A stretch of 63,846 nucleotides of DNA, filler included, from Stramenopiles sp. TOSAG23-2 (taxonomy: Eukaryota), in the NCBI GenBank assembly GCA_900128395.1. It is 8 parts of 8 records of this genome, joined end to end, with 100 filler letters (N's around TTAATTAATTAA, not from the genome) between each part and the next. Parts side by side here need not be neighbours in the genome. Positions count along the whole stretch, not along the records: positions 1 to 26,914 come from LT649425.1; 7 more parts are not named here. One strand, written 5' to 3'. Of this stretch, positions 10,369 through 21,236 are shown one piece after another. The position numbers and the translations under genes were made by a program. The notes under the pieces are model-generated. The model was given only the letters and a program-made list of their open reading frames with translations. It did not search any database and had not been told where the DNA came from. Within the stretch, counting starts at the first letter, position 1; every line of letters starts with the position of its first letter.

Positions 10369-10671
10369 ATGTCCATCCTAAAGCCAGGCAAGGAACGTTA
10401 TAAAAATATATATCATCCAAAAAAACGAAATTAAAATTATAAAAAAATAGGAAGAAGATGGAAAGAAACAAGNNNNNNNNNNNNNNNNNNNNNNNNNNNN
10501 NNNNNNNNNNNNNNNNNNNNNNNNNNNNNNNNNNNNNNNNNNNNNNNNNNNNNNNNNNNNNNNNNNNATGTCCATCCTAAAGCCAGGCAAGGAACGTTAT
10601 AAAAATATATATCATCCAAAAAAACGAAATTAAAATTATAAAAAAATAGGAAGAAGATGGAAAGAAACAAG
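10369..10671. other. Scaffold N-gap (10473-10567) flanked by an identical 104-bp overlap
   Basis: atgtccatcctaaagcc...agaaacaag lies on both sides of the N run. Confidence 0.9.
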
Positions 10672-10781
10672 AAAGAAGCCATTTACCATATTTCTTTTTC
10701 TTTTACAAACTTTTTTCTTCTATTATTACTCTTTACGTTGCTATTCTTGTTTATATTTCTACAACAAAGATAATAAGTAAT

Positions 10782-13070
10782 ATGAATAATAGTAATAAAT
10801 ACAATGCTGTATTGGAAAAATTAAAAAAATTAGTAGCTATGAAATGGGATTTAGAAACAGTATTGAAAAATAAAGATAATATTTTAAACCCACCATATAG
10901 TAAATTTCCATTGAAAACAAATAGTAATACTAATATGACAACACCTAAAGTAAATAATCTTTTTCCACATTTACAAACTGTAAACGTTGATACAACGCCA
11001 AGACGCAAACGTGGTGGTATGGAAATGTCTCCATCAAATACATTTTCCTTTAGTACATATAATATTGATAATAATATTGATGATAAAGAAGATAGCATTG
11101 ATGAGTTAACAAATACATTTAATGAAATGGAAGTATTGGATACTTCTACGGATAATAAAAAACATAGTGTTAGTAAAAAAAAGCGTGTATTATTTTTAAG
11201 TGATGATGATGATGATGATGATAGCGATGAAGATAAATCTGCTATAATAGAGGGTGCTACTCGGTCTATTGGAAATGCTAAATTTATCTTGAGTGATGAT
11301 GACGATGATGATGATGATGATGACAACGACGATGAAAAATCTCCAATAATAAAGAGTCATACTGAAAAAGCCAAATTTATAATGAATGATGATGATGACG
11401 ACGACGATGATGAAGTTTCTAACAATAACAATCTATCAGATATTGGAGGAGAAACATTAACATATTCCCCAAAAAACATATCAATATTAGACGAAAACGA
11501 AATCAAAGTTGATTTAAGATATACTAGTCTTGTTGAAGAAAACAATGACAATACAAATACTGATGAGGATGATGACGACGACAACGATGAGGAGGAAAAC
11601 TTGTCTCCACTTATATATACTGCAAGAAAAGGTTTGCGTAAATTTACATTTCATGATTCTGATGATGAATCTTCCATTGATGAGGAACAAGAAGAAGAAC
11701 AATCAGCAAAAAATGATGATGTTTTCATAATATCTTCGCCATCAAATATGTCTAATAAAAACCATACGTATGCAGGCAATCAAGAAAATGAAAATAATCA
11801 TAACAGAAATAATAAATATCAAAATAAAATTTTCAATTTATTATCTGATTCTGATGATGATGAAATTGATGCAAAATTTTCATCATTATCCGACCGTTTA
11901 AGCAAACGAACTGACATTAATAATAGTAAAAAATTTGATTTGTTAAAAACAAATTCAAAAACTGCAAAATTAATTCTTAATGAAAATGATATTATCAATA
12001 ATAACAGTCCATCTATTTTGTCTTTAACAAATGAAAAAAATAAAAGTGAAAATGAGAATTATCCTACGTTTACTCCTTCTCAATGGAAAAAGCAAAAATT
12101 AATTTATACAACTAAATTATATGCGGAATTTAATGATATTGTTTTTGATTCACAATTGCCAAAAGACTTAGAAATTGATTGGAGCATACGTTTAAATAAA
12201 ACGGCTGGGTTGACATATACAAATTATAAGAATGATGGTGGTATTAATGGTAGTAGTAGTAATGCAAGAGTACGAAATGCACGAATTGAACTATCAAGTA
12301 AAGTTTTGACCGATTTGCATCGCTTAAAAGCTACTTTGTTGCATGAATTATGTCATGCTGCAGCTTGGATTATAGATGGGGTTCGAAAACCACCTCATGG
12401 CAAAGCATTTAAAAAATGGGGAAATGTAGCGAAGGAATATTATCCAAATGAAGCAGTGACTACTTGCCATAATTATGAAATTCATTATAAATATCAATGG
12501 AAATGTACCCAACCAGATTGTACATGGAAATTTGGTAGACATAGTAAAAGTCTATCCATTGAAAAACATCGTTGTGGAAAATGTAGCAGTAAAATTGAAT
12601 TTATTGGGAAATTTGATTCAAATGGTAATTTGATGAAAGAAAGAAAAGTCTCTGAATATCAAAAGTTTGTAAAAAAAATGAATAAAAAAGTACGATTAGA
12701 AAATCCTTCGTATGACTTTGGGGAGATACAACAACATATAAGTAAATTATGGGAAGAAGAGAAAAATAAAAAGAATATGATGCGAAAAGTAAATACAAAA
12801 GGATCTTCAAAAGAAACTGCTATTGTTTTATTGGATGATGATATTACTAATACGGATAGCAACAATGATATAATCGCCAATAACAATGAAAATAATGAAA
12901 ACGACAATAATCATCATGTAAATGATAAATATAACAAGAAGAAAAATTTAATCAATTTAATAGATGATGATGAAGAGGAGGATGAATATTATGATAAGAA
13001 ATTTAATAATATATTGAACAATCATGGTATGTATAGTAGTGGTAATAATAATAATGTTGCAGAGGTGTGA
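10782..13070 (+). CDS. GCNA: GCNA/ACRC-like SprT metalloprotease (acidic IDR, SprT, Zn ribbon, HMG box)
   Basis: Asp-rich N-terminal half; WSIRLNKTAG, LLHELCHAA, PHGKAFKKW; CTQPDC...RCGKC; HMG-like YQKFVK...ISKLW; SIM-like IVLLDDD and INLIDDD. Confidence 0.88.
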   Translation: MNNSNKYNAVLEKLKKLVAMKWDLETVLKNKDNILNPPYSKFPLKTNSNTNMTTPKVNNLFPHLQTVNVDTTPRRKRGGMEMSPSNTFSFSTYNIDNNIDDKEDSIDELTNTFNEMEVLDTSTDNKKHSVSKKKRVLFLSDDDDDDDSDEDKSAIIEGATRSIGNAKFILSDDDDDDDDDDNDDEKSPIIKSHTEKAKFIMNDDDDDDDDEVSNNNNLSDIGGETLTYSPKNISILDENEIKVDLRYTSLVEENNDNTNTDEDDDDDNDEEENLSPLIYTARKGLRKFTFHDSDDESSIDEEQEEEQSAKNDDVFIISSPSNMSNKNHTYAGNQENENNHNRNNKYQNKIFNLLSDSDDDEIDAKFSSLSDRLSKRTDINNSKKFDLLKTNSKTAKLILNENDIINNNSPSILSLTNEKNKSENENYPTFTPSQWKKQKLIYTTKLYAEFNDIVFDSQLPKDLEIDWSIRLNKTAGLTYTNYKNDGGINGSSSNARVRNARIELSSKVLTDLHRLKATLLHELCHAAAWIIDGVRKPPHGKAFKKWGNVAKEYYPNEAVTTCHNYEIHYKYQWKCTQPDCTWKFGRHSKSLSIEKHRCGKCSSKIEFIGKFDSNGNLMKERKVSEYQKFVKKMNKKVRLENPSYDFGEIQQHISKLWEEEKNKKNMMRKVNTKGSSKETAIVLLDDDITNTDSNNDIIANNNENNENDNNHHVNDKYNKKKNLINLIDDDEEEDEYYDKKFNNILNNHGMYSSGNNNNVAEV

Positions 13071-13538
13071 AAAAATTGCGTGGTATGCACGTATGCGCGT
13101 GTGTGTGTCATAAATTTAAAAAAAAAAAAAGTTTTCTTAATTTTTACACGAAAAAAGTGTACATGATAATAGTAGTGGTAATAATAATAATGTTGCAGAG
13201 GTGTGAAAAAATTGCGTGGTATGCACGTATGCGCGTGTGTGTGTCATAAATTTAAAAAAAAAAAAAGTTTTCTTAATTTTTACACGAAAAAAGTGTACAT
13301 GATATTTTAAACACACGTGGTGGCATCATATATATATTATATACATTATACATTTTATATATTTTTCCTTCGCGAGTACACGTACAAAACACAAAACACG
13401 CTCTTTTTAACCCCCATCCATCTCTTTATGATATTTACAACTTCTTTTTAATCATTTGTTGTTTTAATTTTTGAAAATTTTTAAATAATGAACTATTTTT
13501 ATCTGGTGATGGCACAACTGATTTTCTCTTTATGATAT

Positions 13539-14495
13539 TTACAACTTCTTTTTAATCATTTGTTGTTTTAATTTTTGAAAATTTTTAAATAATGAACTAT
13601 TTTTATCTGGTGATGGCACAACTGATTTATTTTTACTACTTCTTGATGAATTCGACTTCTCATTACTATTTTTTAACATAGTTGTTTTATAAAATACCGC
13701 TGTATATCTTTCACCTTTAAAACTTTCTGTTTTATGAGGTTGTGTCTTCCCATTAAAAGGTATAAATGTTTTCAAGCAATTGTAATATGTAAATTTTTTA
13801 TTCGTACTACCACTACTATTACTATGCGGCGGTAATACCATTAGCCTACCATGTTCATATTTTCCAAATCCAATAATAAAACTAGGCCCTTCATTGCCTT
13901 TATCTTGATGTAATTTACATGTTAAATTTTTATTAATGGTAATATTTGTATATGTATGATTTGGATGATATTTCTTGATCAATTTTTTTAAAGCTTTGTA
14001 TAATTCTGGATATTCAGTAGAAAAGTAAGACAGTTCACCAGTAGATGATTTCATATTTTTACCAAATATAAATGAGTGACAATACGATTTGCCTTTTGCA
14101 TTTTTTTTTGCTTTATTGCCAATAACATTCAATCTACTTGTATTTTGAACTTCATTCCAATTGACATTTCTAAATAAATTTACACATTTATTATGTTCCT
14201 GTTCGGTAATTATTTTTAAATTTGGATTTTTATTATTGTTGCTATTATTATTATTATTATTATTATTATGATTTTTCTTTTTTTTTTTCTTTTTTTTCTT
14301 TTTCAATTTATTATTATTTATTTCCAACGAAGATTGTTCTATTATACGTTTTCTTTTTTTCAAAGTAGACGATGCATTCATATGATTTTTCTTTTTTTTT
14401 TTCTTTTTTTTCTTTTTCAATTTATTATTATTTATTTCCAACGAAGATTGTTCTATTATACGTTTTCTTTTTTTCAAAGTAGACGATGCATTCAT
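13539..14495 (-). CDS. 2OG-Fe(II) dioxygenase, TET/JBP-related family; the 38-aa N-terminal repeat comes from a 114-bp duplication
   Basis: YTNITINKNLTCKLHQDKGN (HxD), GPSFIIGFGKYEHG, FNGKTQPH (distal His), GERYTAVFY (2OG-binding Arg); Lys-rich N-terminus. Confidence 0.75.
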   Translation of the reverse strand: MNASSTLKKRKRIIEQSSLEINNNKLKKKKKKKKKKNHMNASSTLKKRKRIIEQSSLEINNNKLKKKKKKKKKKNHNNNNNNNNSNNNKNPNLKIITEQEHNKCVNLFRNVNWNEVQNTSRLNVIGNKAKKNAKGKSYCHSFIFGKNMKSSTGELSYFSTEYPELYKALKKLIKKYHPNHTYTNITINKNLTCKLHQDKGNEGPSFIIGFGKYEHGRLMVLPPHSNSSGSTNKKFTYYNCLKTFIPFNGKTQPHKTESFKGERYTAVFYKTTMLKNSNEKSNSSRSSKNKSVVPSPDKNSSLFKNFQKLKQQMIKKKL

Positions 14496-14945
14496 TGTTA
14501 TAATTTTGTTGAGAATAATTGTTCGGCGTATTTGTTATCGAATTGCTTTTCTGATTATCAGGGATAATGAAAAGTTTAATCTTATCGTTGTTTATCTTGT
14601 TCTTGTAAACAATATATATATGTATATATATATGTACATTTGGGGCGATATATATATTTATAAAATATTTTTGATAGGCAATTTTATACTTTAATATGAT
14701 TTAGTATACGAACATTTATTATTATTTATTATTTATTCGGGGCCTGATAATAAAAGATTTTTATTTGAATTGATGTAATGGGAAGGAGAAACGTTGTAAC
14801 ACCACGAGATATGGAAAAAAAAAAAGCTTATATATATGGGAATACCTTTTATTATACATATTGACTCGTGGCATGTACAGAGAATCTAGTATACATTTAA
14901 CTTATTAGATATTTTGTCCACTGTGTACTTTTATAAGATCACTTG

Positions 14946-15272
14946 TCATTTTTTTGAGGATAATAATTTTTGCGATAATGAATTGTGAAAAGACTTCATA
15001 TACAATTTACTTTCCTTCATTAATACCTGATGTAAGGTGGAGAAATACTCGTCACCATCATAACTTTTACTACCGATATCAATAATTTTCCATCCGTTTC
15101 CTGAATGAAACGTGAGATTCATTTCTATATTTTCCAAAATAATTATTTTTATTTTACAATTAAACATTTGATTATTATTATTATTATCTATTTTTATAAT
15201 TTGTTTTACATGATTTTCACATTCATTTATGATTGATTGAAGCTCAGCATCAAAATGTAAATTTGATATCAT
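14946..15272 (-). CDS. GSKIP: GSK3-beta-interacting protein (GSKIP/DUF727) domain protein
   Basis: ILENIEMNL...GWKI...YFSTLHQVLMKESKLYMKSFHNSLSQKL matches the GSKIP pattern. Confidence 0.75.
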   Translation of the reverse strand: MISNLHFDAELQSIINECENHVKQIIKIDNNNNNQMFNCKIKIIILENIEMNLTFHSGNGWKIIDIGSKSYDGDEYFSTLHQVLMKESKLYMKSFHNSLSQKLLSSKK

Positions 15273-15789
15273 TTTTTAACTTCTTTTATGCGTTCCAGAC
15301 TACAATGATTAGGAAAGGAGGGGGCAATGATGTTTTTTAAACAAAAAACGGTATGACATCGGTATTGGCACCATTGTACTTTTGTTTTTTCTCTACAAAT
15401 GTTTTTTTTGTATTTATAAATAAATTATAATTTTTTTTTTGTAGTAGGTCGCGTTTAAGGGGTCATTTTCTTTTAAGGGATAAAACTTAAACTTTACACT
15501 TCTTCATTCAGGGAACCACCTCTGGAACCACACACACACACATTATTATTTTTTTTATTATTTTTTTGCACTTTTTATTATTGAATGAGGATTGATCTTG
15601 ATACTAGTACGTAGAAGACAATCAAATAGATTTCTAGGTTAGTTTACATATATATAATATTATATATACATATAATATAGTCGTTAGAAACCATGAATAA
15701 TTAGTACGTAGAAGACAATCAAATAGATTTCTAGGTTAGTTTACATATATATAATATTATATATACGTATAATATAGTCGTTAGAAACC

Positions 15790-16137
15790 ATGAATAATAA
15801 TAATAATAATATGGATGATCCAAACCAAATGGATTTTTATGACCAAAATAGAATTATGGCAAATGCACAGTCAATTAACTGGGCTAGAACTTTTATGGCT
15901 ATTATTGGTGGTGTTACCACTGGTATATTAGGAATTACTGCGTTTCGTGGATTTTTAGCGTTTGTTGTTATATATATTGCTACTTCTGTTACTTTGTTAC
16001 TTAAAATGGGGTTTGCGCCTGGAAATTATATGCCTGGCATGCCAATTGTTTCTTTTTTATACGACGGTATAGGTGGACACTTAATGTCACACTTATTATT
16101 TTGGACAATGTTTTATGGCATTGTACATGTTTATTAA
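15790..16137 (+). CDS. EMC6: ER membrane protein complex subunit 6
   Basis: NAQSINWARTFMAIIGGVTTGILGITAFRGF and C-terminal LLFWTMFYGIVHVY. Confidence 0.92.
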   Translation: MNNNNNNMDDPNQMDFYDQNRIMANAQSINWARTFMAIIGGVTTGILGITAFRGFLAFVVIYIATSVTLLLKMGFAPGNYMPGMPIVSFLYDGIGGHLMSHLLFWTMFYGIVHVY

Positions 16138-16139
16138 TA

Positions 16140-16400
16140 ATGTAAGTAAAAATATCTATATATTGTTTTCCTTATGTTTCTGGTGGTACAATCATTGCTG
16201 TAATCTTCGATGGGCTTGTCTATTGATTTACATCACGTTGAGACTTATGAAATGCTTTCTATGTCAAATTCTCCATATTCCTGACCATGAATACTGTGAA
16301 GCCGAATGAAAGCAAGAATAATTGATTTTTAAATATTCTCTCCTGTAATAGGGATTGACGGATACTTGAAATTTATCTTTTTCGTTTTTTATCATTAATA
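16140..16400 (-). pseudogene. Possible decayed coding fragment
   Basis: One frame reads KKRKKINFKYPSIPITGENI*KSIILAFIRLHSIHGQEYGEFDIESIS*VST*CKSIDKPIEDYSNDC, with coding-like composition and 3 stops. Confidence 0.3.
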
Positions 16401-17345
16401 ATGGTTTGTTTTTTAATATAATAAACAAATTATTGATATTTAATTACGAAAACATTTTGCATATACATACAAATTTCATATCTAATTTATTTCAACACAA
16501 TTTTCACGCAGCACAACTAACATTATATGGTAAACAAAAGTTGATTCATTTTTTAGAAATATACTATAATCCCAAGCTCGCGTAAAAGCAAATTATTGAT
16601 ATTTAATTACGAAAACATTTTGCATATACATACAAATTTCATATCTAATTTATTTCAACACAATTTTCACGCAGCACAACTAACATTATATGGTAAACAA
16701 AAGTTGATTCATTTTTTAGAAATATACTATCATATAATCCCAAGCTCGCGTAAAAGTATAATATTAATTTCATGATGACCGTCAAAACAAAGTCTCATGT
16801 GTCATATATAAAAGAGAAAAATATATACTTTTTCTTGTTACACATACTCTGTAAATGTGGCATGAGTATGTACATTAAAAAAGGCGTGTATATATATATA
16901 ATTTGTATATATTCGTATTATTAAAATATAATACTTCGTATATAAATTCGTAGTATATATAATAATATTTATGAGTCGTAATATTTTTTTTTTTTAGACT
17001 CTCTCCGTCTCGCTTATCCTGCTGTGCTTCATCTCAATATTGAGTACTGATATCGTATACGTATGACTTATGGTATCTTAAAACATATTCTCATACTATT
17101 TCGAAACTATTTCAACGCTTTTTTTAGACTCTCTCCGTCTCGCTTATCCTGCTGTGCTTCATCTCAATATTGAGTACTGATATCGTATACGTATGACTTA
17201 TGGTATCTTAAAACATATTCTCATACTATTTCGAAACTATTTCAACGCGCCACATGTTTTTTTTTCCCTTGTTTTTACAGAAGTTTTATGACACAAATAT
17301 AATACACACACACACACACACACATTTTTTTTTCCTGGCTAGTTT

Positions 17346-20300
17346 TTACCTTTTCAATACCCTTCTAGCAGCACCTAACTTTGGACTTCGAGGTATTACT
17401 AATCTTTTTCTGGAAGCTCTTGCACTTACAGCTGGTGCATTCATAAACTTTTTCACATCTTCCTTTGATTTACGAACTTTGTCAACACGTGTCCTTTCAA
17501 ATTGTTCTTTATATGCCTCAGCTTCTTCTCTCTCTGCTTCTTCTTGTTCCATACGTTTCTTTTCCATTGCTTCCTCGCGTCGTTTTTTTGCTGCTAAATC
17601 AAACTGCTTGTGTTTTTCGCTTCGGATGTTTGATCTTAAATTGAATTCTTTGATTTCTGTGAATGGTTTCTTATTAGACTCGGACATATTGGGTTGAAAT
17701 GGTTTACTATGTGTTGATGGCAATTGACGAGCTTTAAATTTACGATTTTCTTCCATAGCTATTTTTTCTTTTTCAATCTGCCTTGATCGTCGAGCCTTGG
17801 CCGCATCATTATTGCTCAAATTGAAAGGTTTAACTTCATATTGTGGGTTGTAAGGTTGTTGATAATGGTGCTGATTTTCCTTTGGTACACCTTCGCCAAC
17901 CGCTTTCGCTTTAAAAACCCGTTTTCTTTCCGCTTCATCTCTTTCTTTCTTAATTTTCAATTCTAATGCCTTCTTTGCCATTAACGATTTTTGAGTTCCA
18001 AGAAGTTGTGGTGACTGTGGGATAGTCAATTCTTTTTTTTCAACTTTAGGCATGTGTGCAGTTTGTACAGATGGCATTGGCCTTGCTTTGAATGGTTTAT
18101 ATTTAGATGCTGGATCCTTTCGTTTTTCATTTGTTTGGTGGGAAGTAGCGCGTTTATTAGTAGATAAGTTAAATGGCTTGAATTCGGTTAATTTTTTCTT
18201 CTCAACAAATGGTGCGTTGTATTCAGGCACACCTTCTCCCACAGCAAGTGCTTTGAAAGTATGGGTGCTTTCTTTTTTATCTGCTCCAGCGGCTATACTA
18301 CTACGACGGCCAATTCTCGAATCAGTTGCAAATTTTGGCGATTCTGGTTTCGTTAAAGGTTTGCGTTGCACTCTAGAAACACCTAATTCGCCGTTGCTCT
18401 CTTTGATTTTCTCATCGAATTTACTTGCCTTAAACGGTTTGGCAGCAATTTCAGCCATTTCTCTTGCCTCGCGTTCATCACGACTTTCAATATGTTCATT
18501 TTGACGTACACGGCTGGATGTTTGAAAACGTGGTGTGTGAGGTTCAGTCACTTCTTTTGGCCCAGTAGCAGTTAAACTTAATGGTATAACTGGTTTACTG
18601 CCTTTTGGCTCTTTAATAAATCTCATATTTTTACCATTCCATACTTTATTAGCCATTTCAGCTACGGATACGTATGGTTCATTTGACTGAGTTGCCTTTC
18701 GACCAATTCGCGAATCTGATGCAAACTTTGGTGTTGTTGGGACCGTTAATTTATGCATAGCTTTCACTGGTGCTTTACGATCGTAAGAGCGAAGACGCAT
18801 AGAAGTAAATTTTGGTTGTGCCATTTGCCCTACACGTATCTTTGGGCCTTTTTTTGCTTTTGTATGAAGAAATGGTGTTTTTGCCTTCGTCAATGGTTTT
18901 GTCGAACCTGCAATACCACCACTTTTCTTTGTGCCATTTCCACCACCACTTTGTGCAAGTGACCAGCGACGATAGCTATCTTTCTTTCTCTTTGCAATTT
19001 GTTCTTTCTTCAATTCAATTTCACGAAGCTCACGTTCTTCCGTTGTTTCAGTAATAGTTTTTTTCACTGGATGAGCTTGAAAATTTGGAGATTTTGCCTC
19101 TGTTAGACTTTTTGGTTTTAACACTTGGCCAAGCGTACCAGCAGGCACACCTAATGTGCCATCACTTGCTGATGCTAAATTCCACATTTTAGCATTCATT
19201 TTACGTTGCCTTGCAAGCTCTTCCCTGCGTCTTGCGCCTTCTTGAATTTGCATCTCTTCCGTACTTAATACTTTTTTCTTTCTGATATGACTTTCACGAG
19301 TTGTAAATTTTGGTGCAGTCGGTACGGTTAATGATGGTTTCTTCTTTTTCCTCATAAAATTATTATGCTTCGTGGTTATCTTATTAGTGTTGTTTTTACT
19401 ACTAATATTATTATTATTACTACTACTACTACTACTATTACTGATCTTACTTCGGTCTCTTATTCCAACGGAAGAACTTCGTCTGTTTCTTCTGCTACTA
19501 GATGATGATGTACCTCGCATATAACTAGGTATATTTTTCGAAGATGATGAGTTGCCTCTTTTTGAAGTTGTTTTAAATGTTTCTGTACTAGCACGTAAAC
19601 GTGAACGTTGCTGAATTCTTGCGGCGTCTTTTTTTTGCGGGGATGATTTCATACTTTTACTTTTATTGACGCTGTTACGTACAGGGCCACTTTTAAGAAA
19701 CGAAGGGTTACTAGGCTTAGTATTACTAACTCTTCCGGAACGGTGTGATTTCAAACTATCCATGGAAGATATTGAATGTCGCATAGAACGTTGCTTTTTT
19801 TTCATTGGGGATACTCCTTTTGCACGTGCTGGTGCAACATGAACTTTATTTTCTTTCTTATTGGTTGTCATCTTCTTCGTCGTAGTCGTATTTGCCTTTG
19901 GTGGAAGAGGAGGCATTGCTGATAAATCAGTAAGAGAAGAAGGAGCTGGTGGTGCTGCAACTTTACCCTCTACAGCTATATTTTCAACATGATCATCTTC
20001 TTTCACTGCAGCATTGCCGTTATCAGTGACAGTAGTAAGATGCTTTTCTTTTTGAAATTTATTGTATTGTTCAAGTGCTTCAACAACTCTTGAATGTTGT
20101 TGAACGTCGACTGATTTGCCAACAATCAACAACCCTTGCATATTTCCATTGCCTAGCTCGGTTGTATCTGATACTGTTTCGCCTGACACTTCCTTTGTAT
20201 CTTCTTTGGGTTGATTTACGTCATCTTCTGGTTCAATAATATTATCGTTGTCAGTTGTACTTGCATCTTCTTGTGAAATATCCATATCGTTTTGAACATT

Positions 20301-20546
20301 TGTATTACTCATATTATTCACAGGAACAGTATTCTCTTCATTTACAACATCTTTCACCGTTTGTTCTTCTTGCGATATATCCATATCCGTATTAGATATG
20401 TTGACACTCATGTTTTCTCGTTCTTCTTCAGTTACAGTTTCTGTAACTGTAGTGACAATATGGCTAACAACATTTTCAATTGCTGTCTTTGCCGTTATTG
20501 TTTCTGCATGTTCGTCAAATTCGTTATCGTTTGTGGAAGTGTCCAT
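17346..20546 (-). CDS. TPX2: TPX2-like microtubule nucleation/spindle factor
   Basis: Repeated LTVPTxPKF, FKARP and KPFNL modules; C-terminal FNLRSNIRSEKHKQFD...LVIPRSPKL. Confidence 0.8.
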   Translation of the reverse strand: MDTSTNDNEFDEHAETITAKTAIENVVSHIVTTVTETVTEEERENMSVNISNTDMDISQEEQTVKDVVNEENTVPVNNMSNTNVQNDMDISQEDASTTDNDNIIEPEDDVNQPKEDTKEVSGETVSDTTELGNGNMQGLLIVGKSVDVQQHSRVVEALEQYNKFQKEKHLTTVTDNGNAAVKEDDHVENIAVEGKVAAPPAPSSLTDLSAMPPLPPKANTTTTKKMTTNKKENKVHVAPARAKGVSPMKKKQRSMRHSISSMDSLKSHRSGRVSNTKPSNPSFLKSGPVRNSVNKSKSMKSSPQKKDAARIQQRSRLRASTETFKTTSKRGNSSSSKNIPSYMRGTSSSSSRRNRRSSSVGIRDRSKISNSSSSSSNNNNISSKNNTNKITTKHNNFMRKKKKPSLTVPTAPKFTTRESHIRKKKVLSTEEMQIQEGARRREELARQRKMNAKMWNLASASDGTLGVPAGTLGQVLKPKSLTEAKSPNFQAHPVKKTITETTEERELREIELKKEQIAKRKKDSYRRWSLAQSGGGNGTKKSGGIAGSTKPLTKAKTPFLHTKAKKGPKIRVGQMAQPKFTSMRLRSYDRKAPVKAMHKLTVPTTPKFASDSRIGRKATQSNEPYVSVAEMANKVWNGKNMRFIKEPKGSKPVIPLSLTATGPKEVTEPHTPRFQTSSRVRQNEHIESRDEREAREMAEIAAKPFKASKFDEKIKESNGELGVSRVQRKPLTKPESPKFATDSRIGRRSSIAAGADKKESTHTFKALAVGEGVPEYNAPFVEKKKLTEFKPFNLSTNKRATSHQTNEKRKDPASKYKPFKARPMPSVQTAHMPKVEKKELTIPQSPQLLGTQKSLMAKKALELKIKKERDEAERKRVFKAKAVGEGVPKENQHHYQQPYNPQYEVKPFNLSNNDAAKARRSRQIEKEKIAMEENRKFKARQLPSTHSKPFQPNMSESNKKPFTEIKEFNLRSNIRSEKHKQFDLAAKKRREEAMEKKRMEQEEAEREEAEAYKEQFERTRVDKVRKSKEDVKKFMNAPAVSARASRKRLVIPRSPKLGAARRVLKR

Positions 20547-21236
20547 TTTTAAACTATATAACTATATAAAAATAATTTCACACACACACACACACACAGT
20601 ATATATACGTATACGGATATGAATATGATTCTTCTCAGCAGCTTTTTTTGTAAAAAATTAATAATATAGTAATTAAAAGTTGATCGTTCTTGAAATGAAT
20701 TAAGTCTTTTAATTGTTTCCAATTGTTTTTTGTACAATAAATACACTATGTTCTTATAACGAGATGTTTTTGTTTGTTTTTCTAGATTCTATGTTTTTAT
20801 TTTAAATGAAAACCAGAGGCCTAAATCTCCATTTTCCTTAATTCTAATAAAGTGGAGCCGCCAGACCGAACCCACACGTGCACACCATTAAAGGTGGATT
20901 TCCAGATTTCCAGCTTGCCAAGGCTGGCTGGGCCTTAATTATAAACACCACACCACATCACTAGAGAGGATCGCACGATCCGCTCTAGTCGGATCCTCTC
21001 TACACATCACCGCGTGTCTTCTTCTTTTCTTCTTCGTGTATTGATGTGGTGTGCACGAGTGCTGGTGGTACCAGGTAGTTTTTTCAAAAAATCGAATAAA
21101 GATATAAAGATACACATATCCATCCACCTTTTCCACCTTCCCTCCAGATGCTCCAAATCAACAAAGCCCCCTTTCTCCCCCACAACAACCATCTCAAAGA
21201 AAGAAAACAATATAAAAAATTAACTCACCAAACAAC

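Noticed and set aside
14267-14494. 38-aa tandem repeat as a real domain of the dioxygenase
   Set aside because: It is an exact 114-bp nucleotide duplication including the start codon, like the other overlap artefacts.
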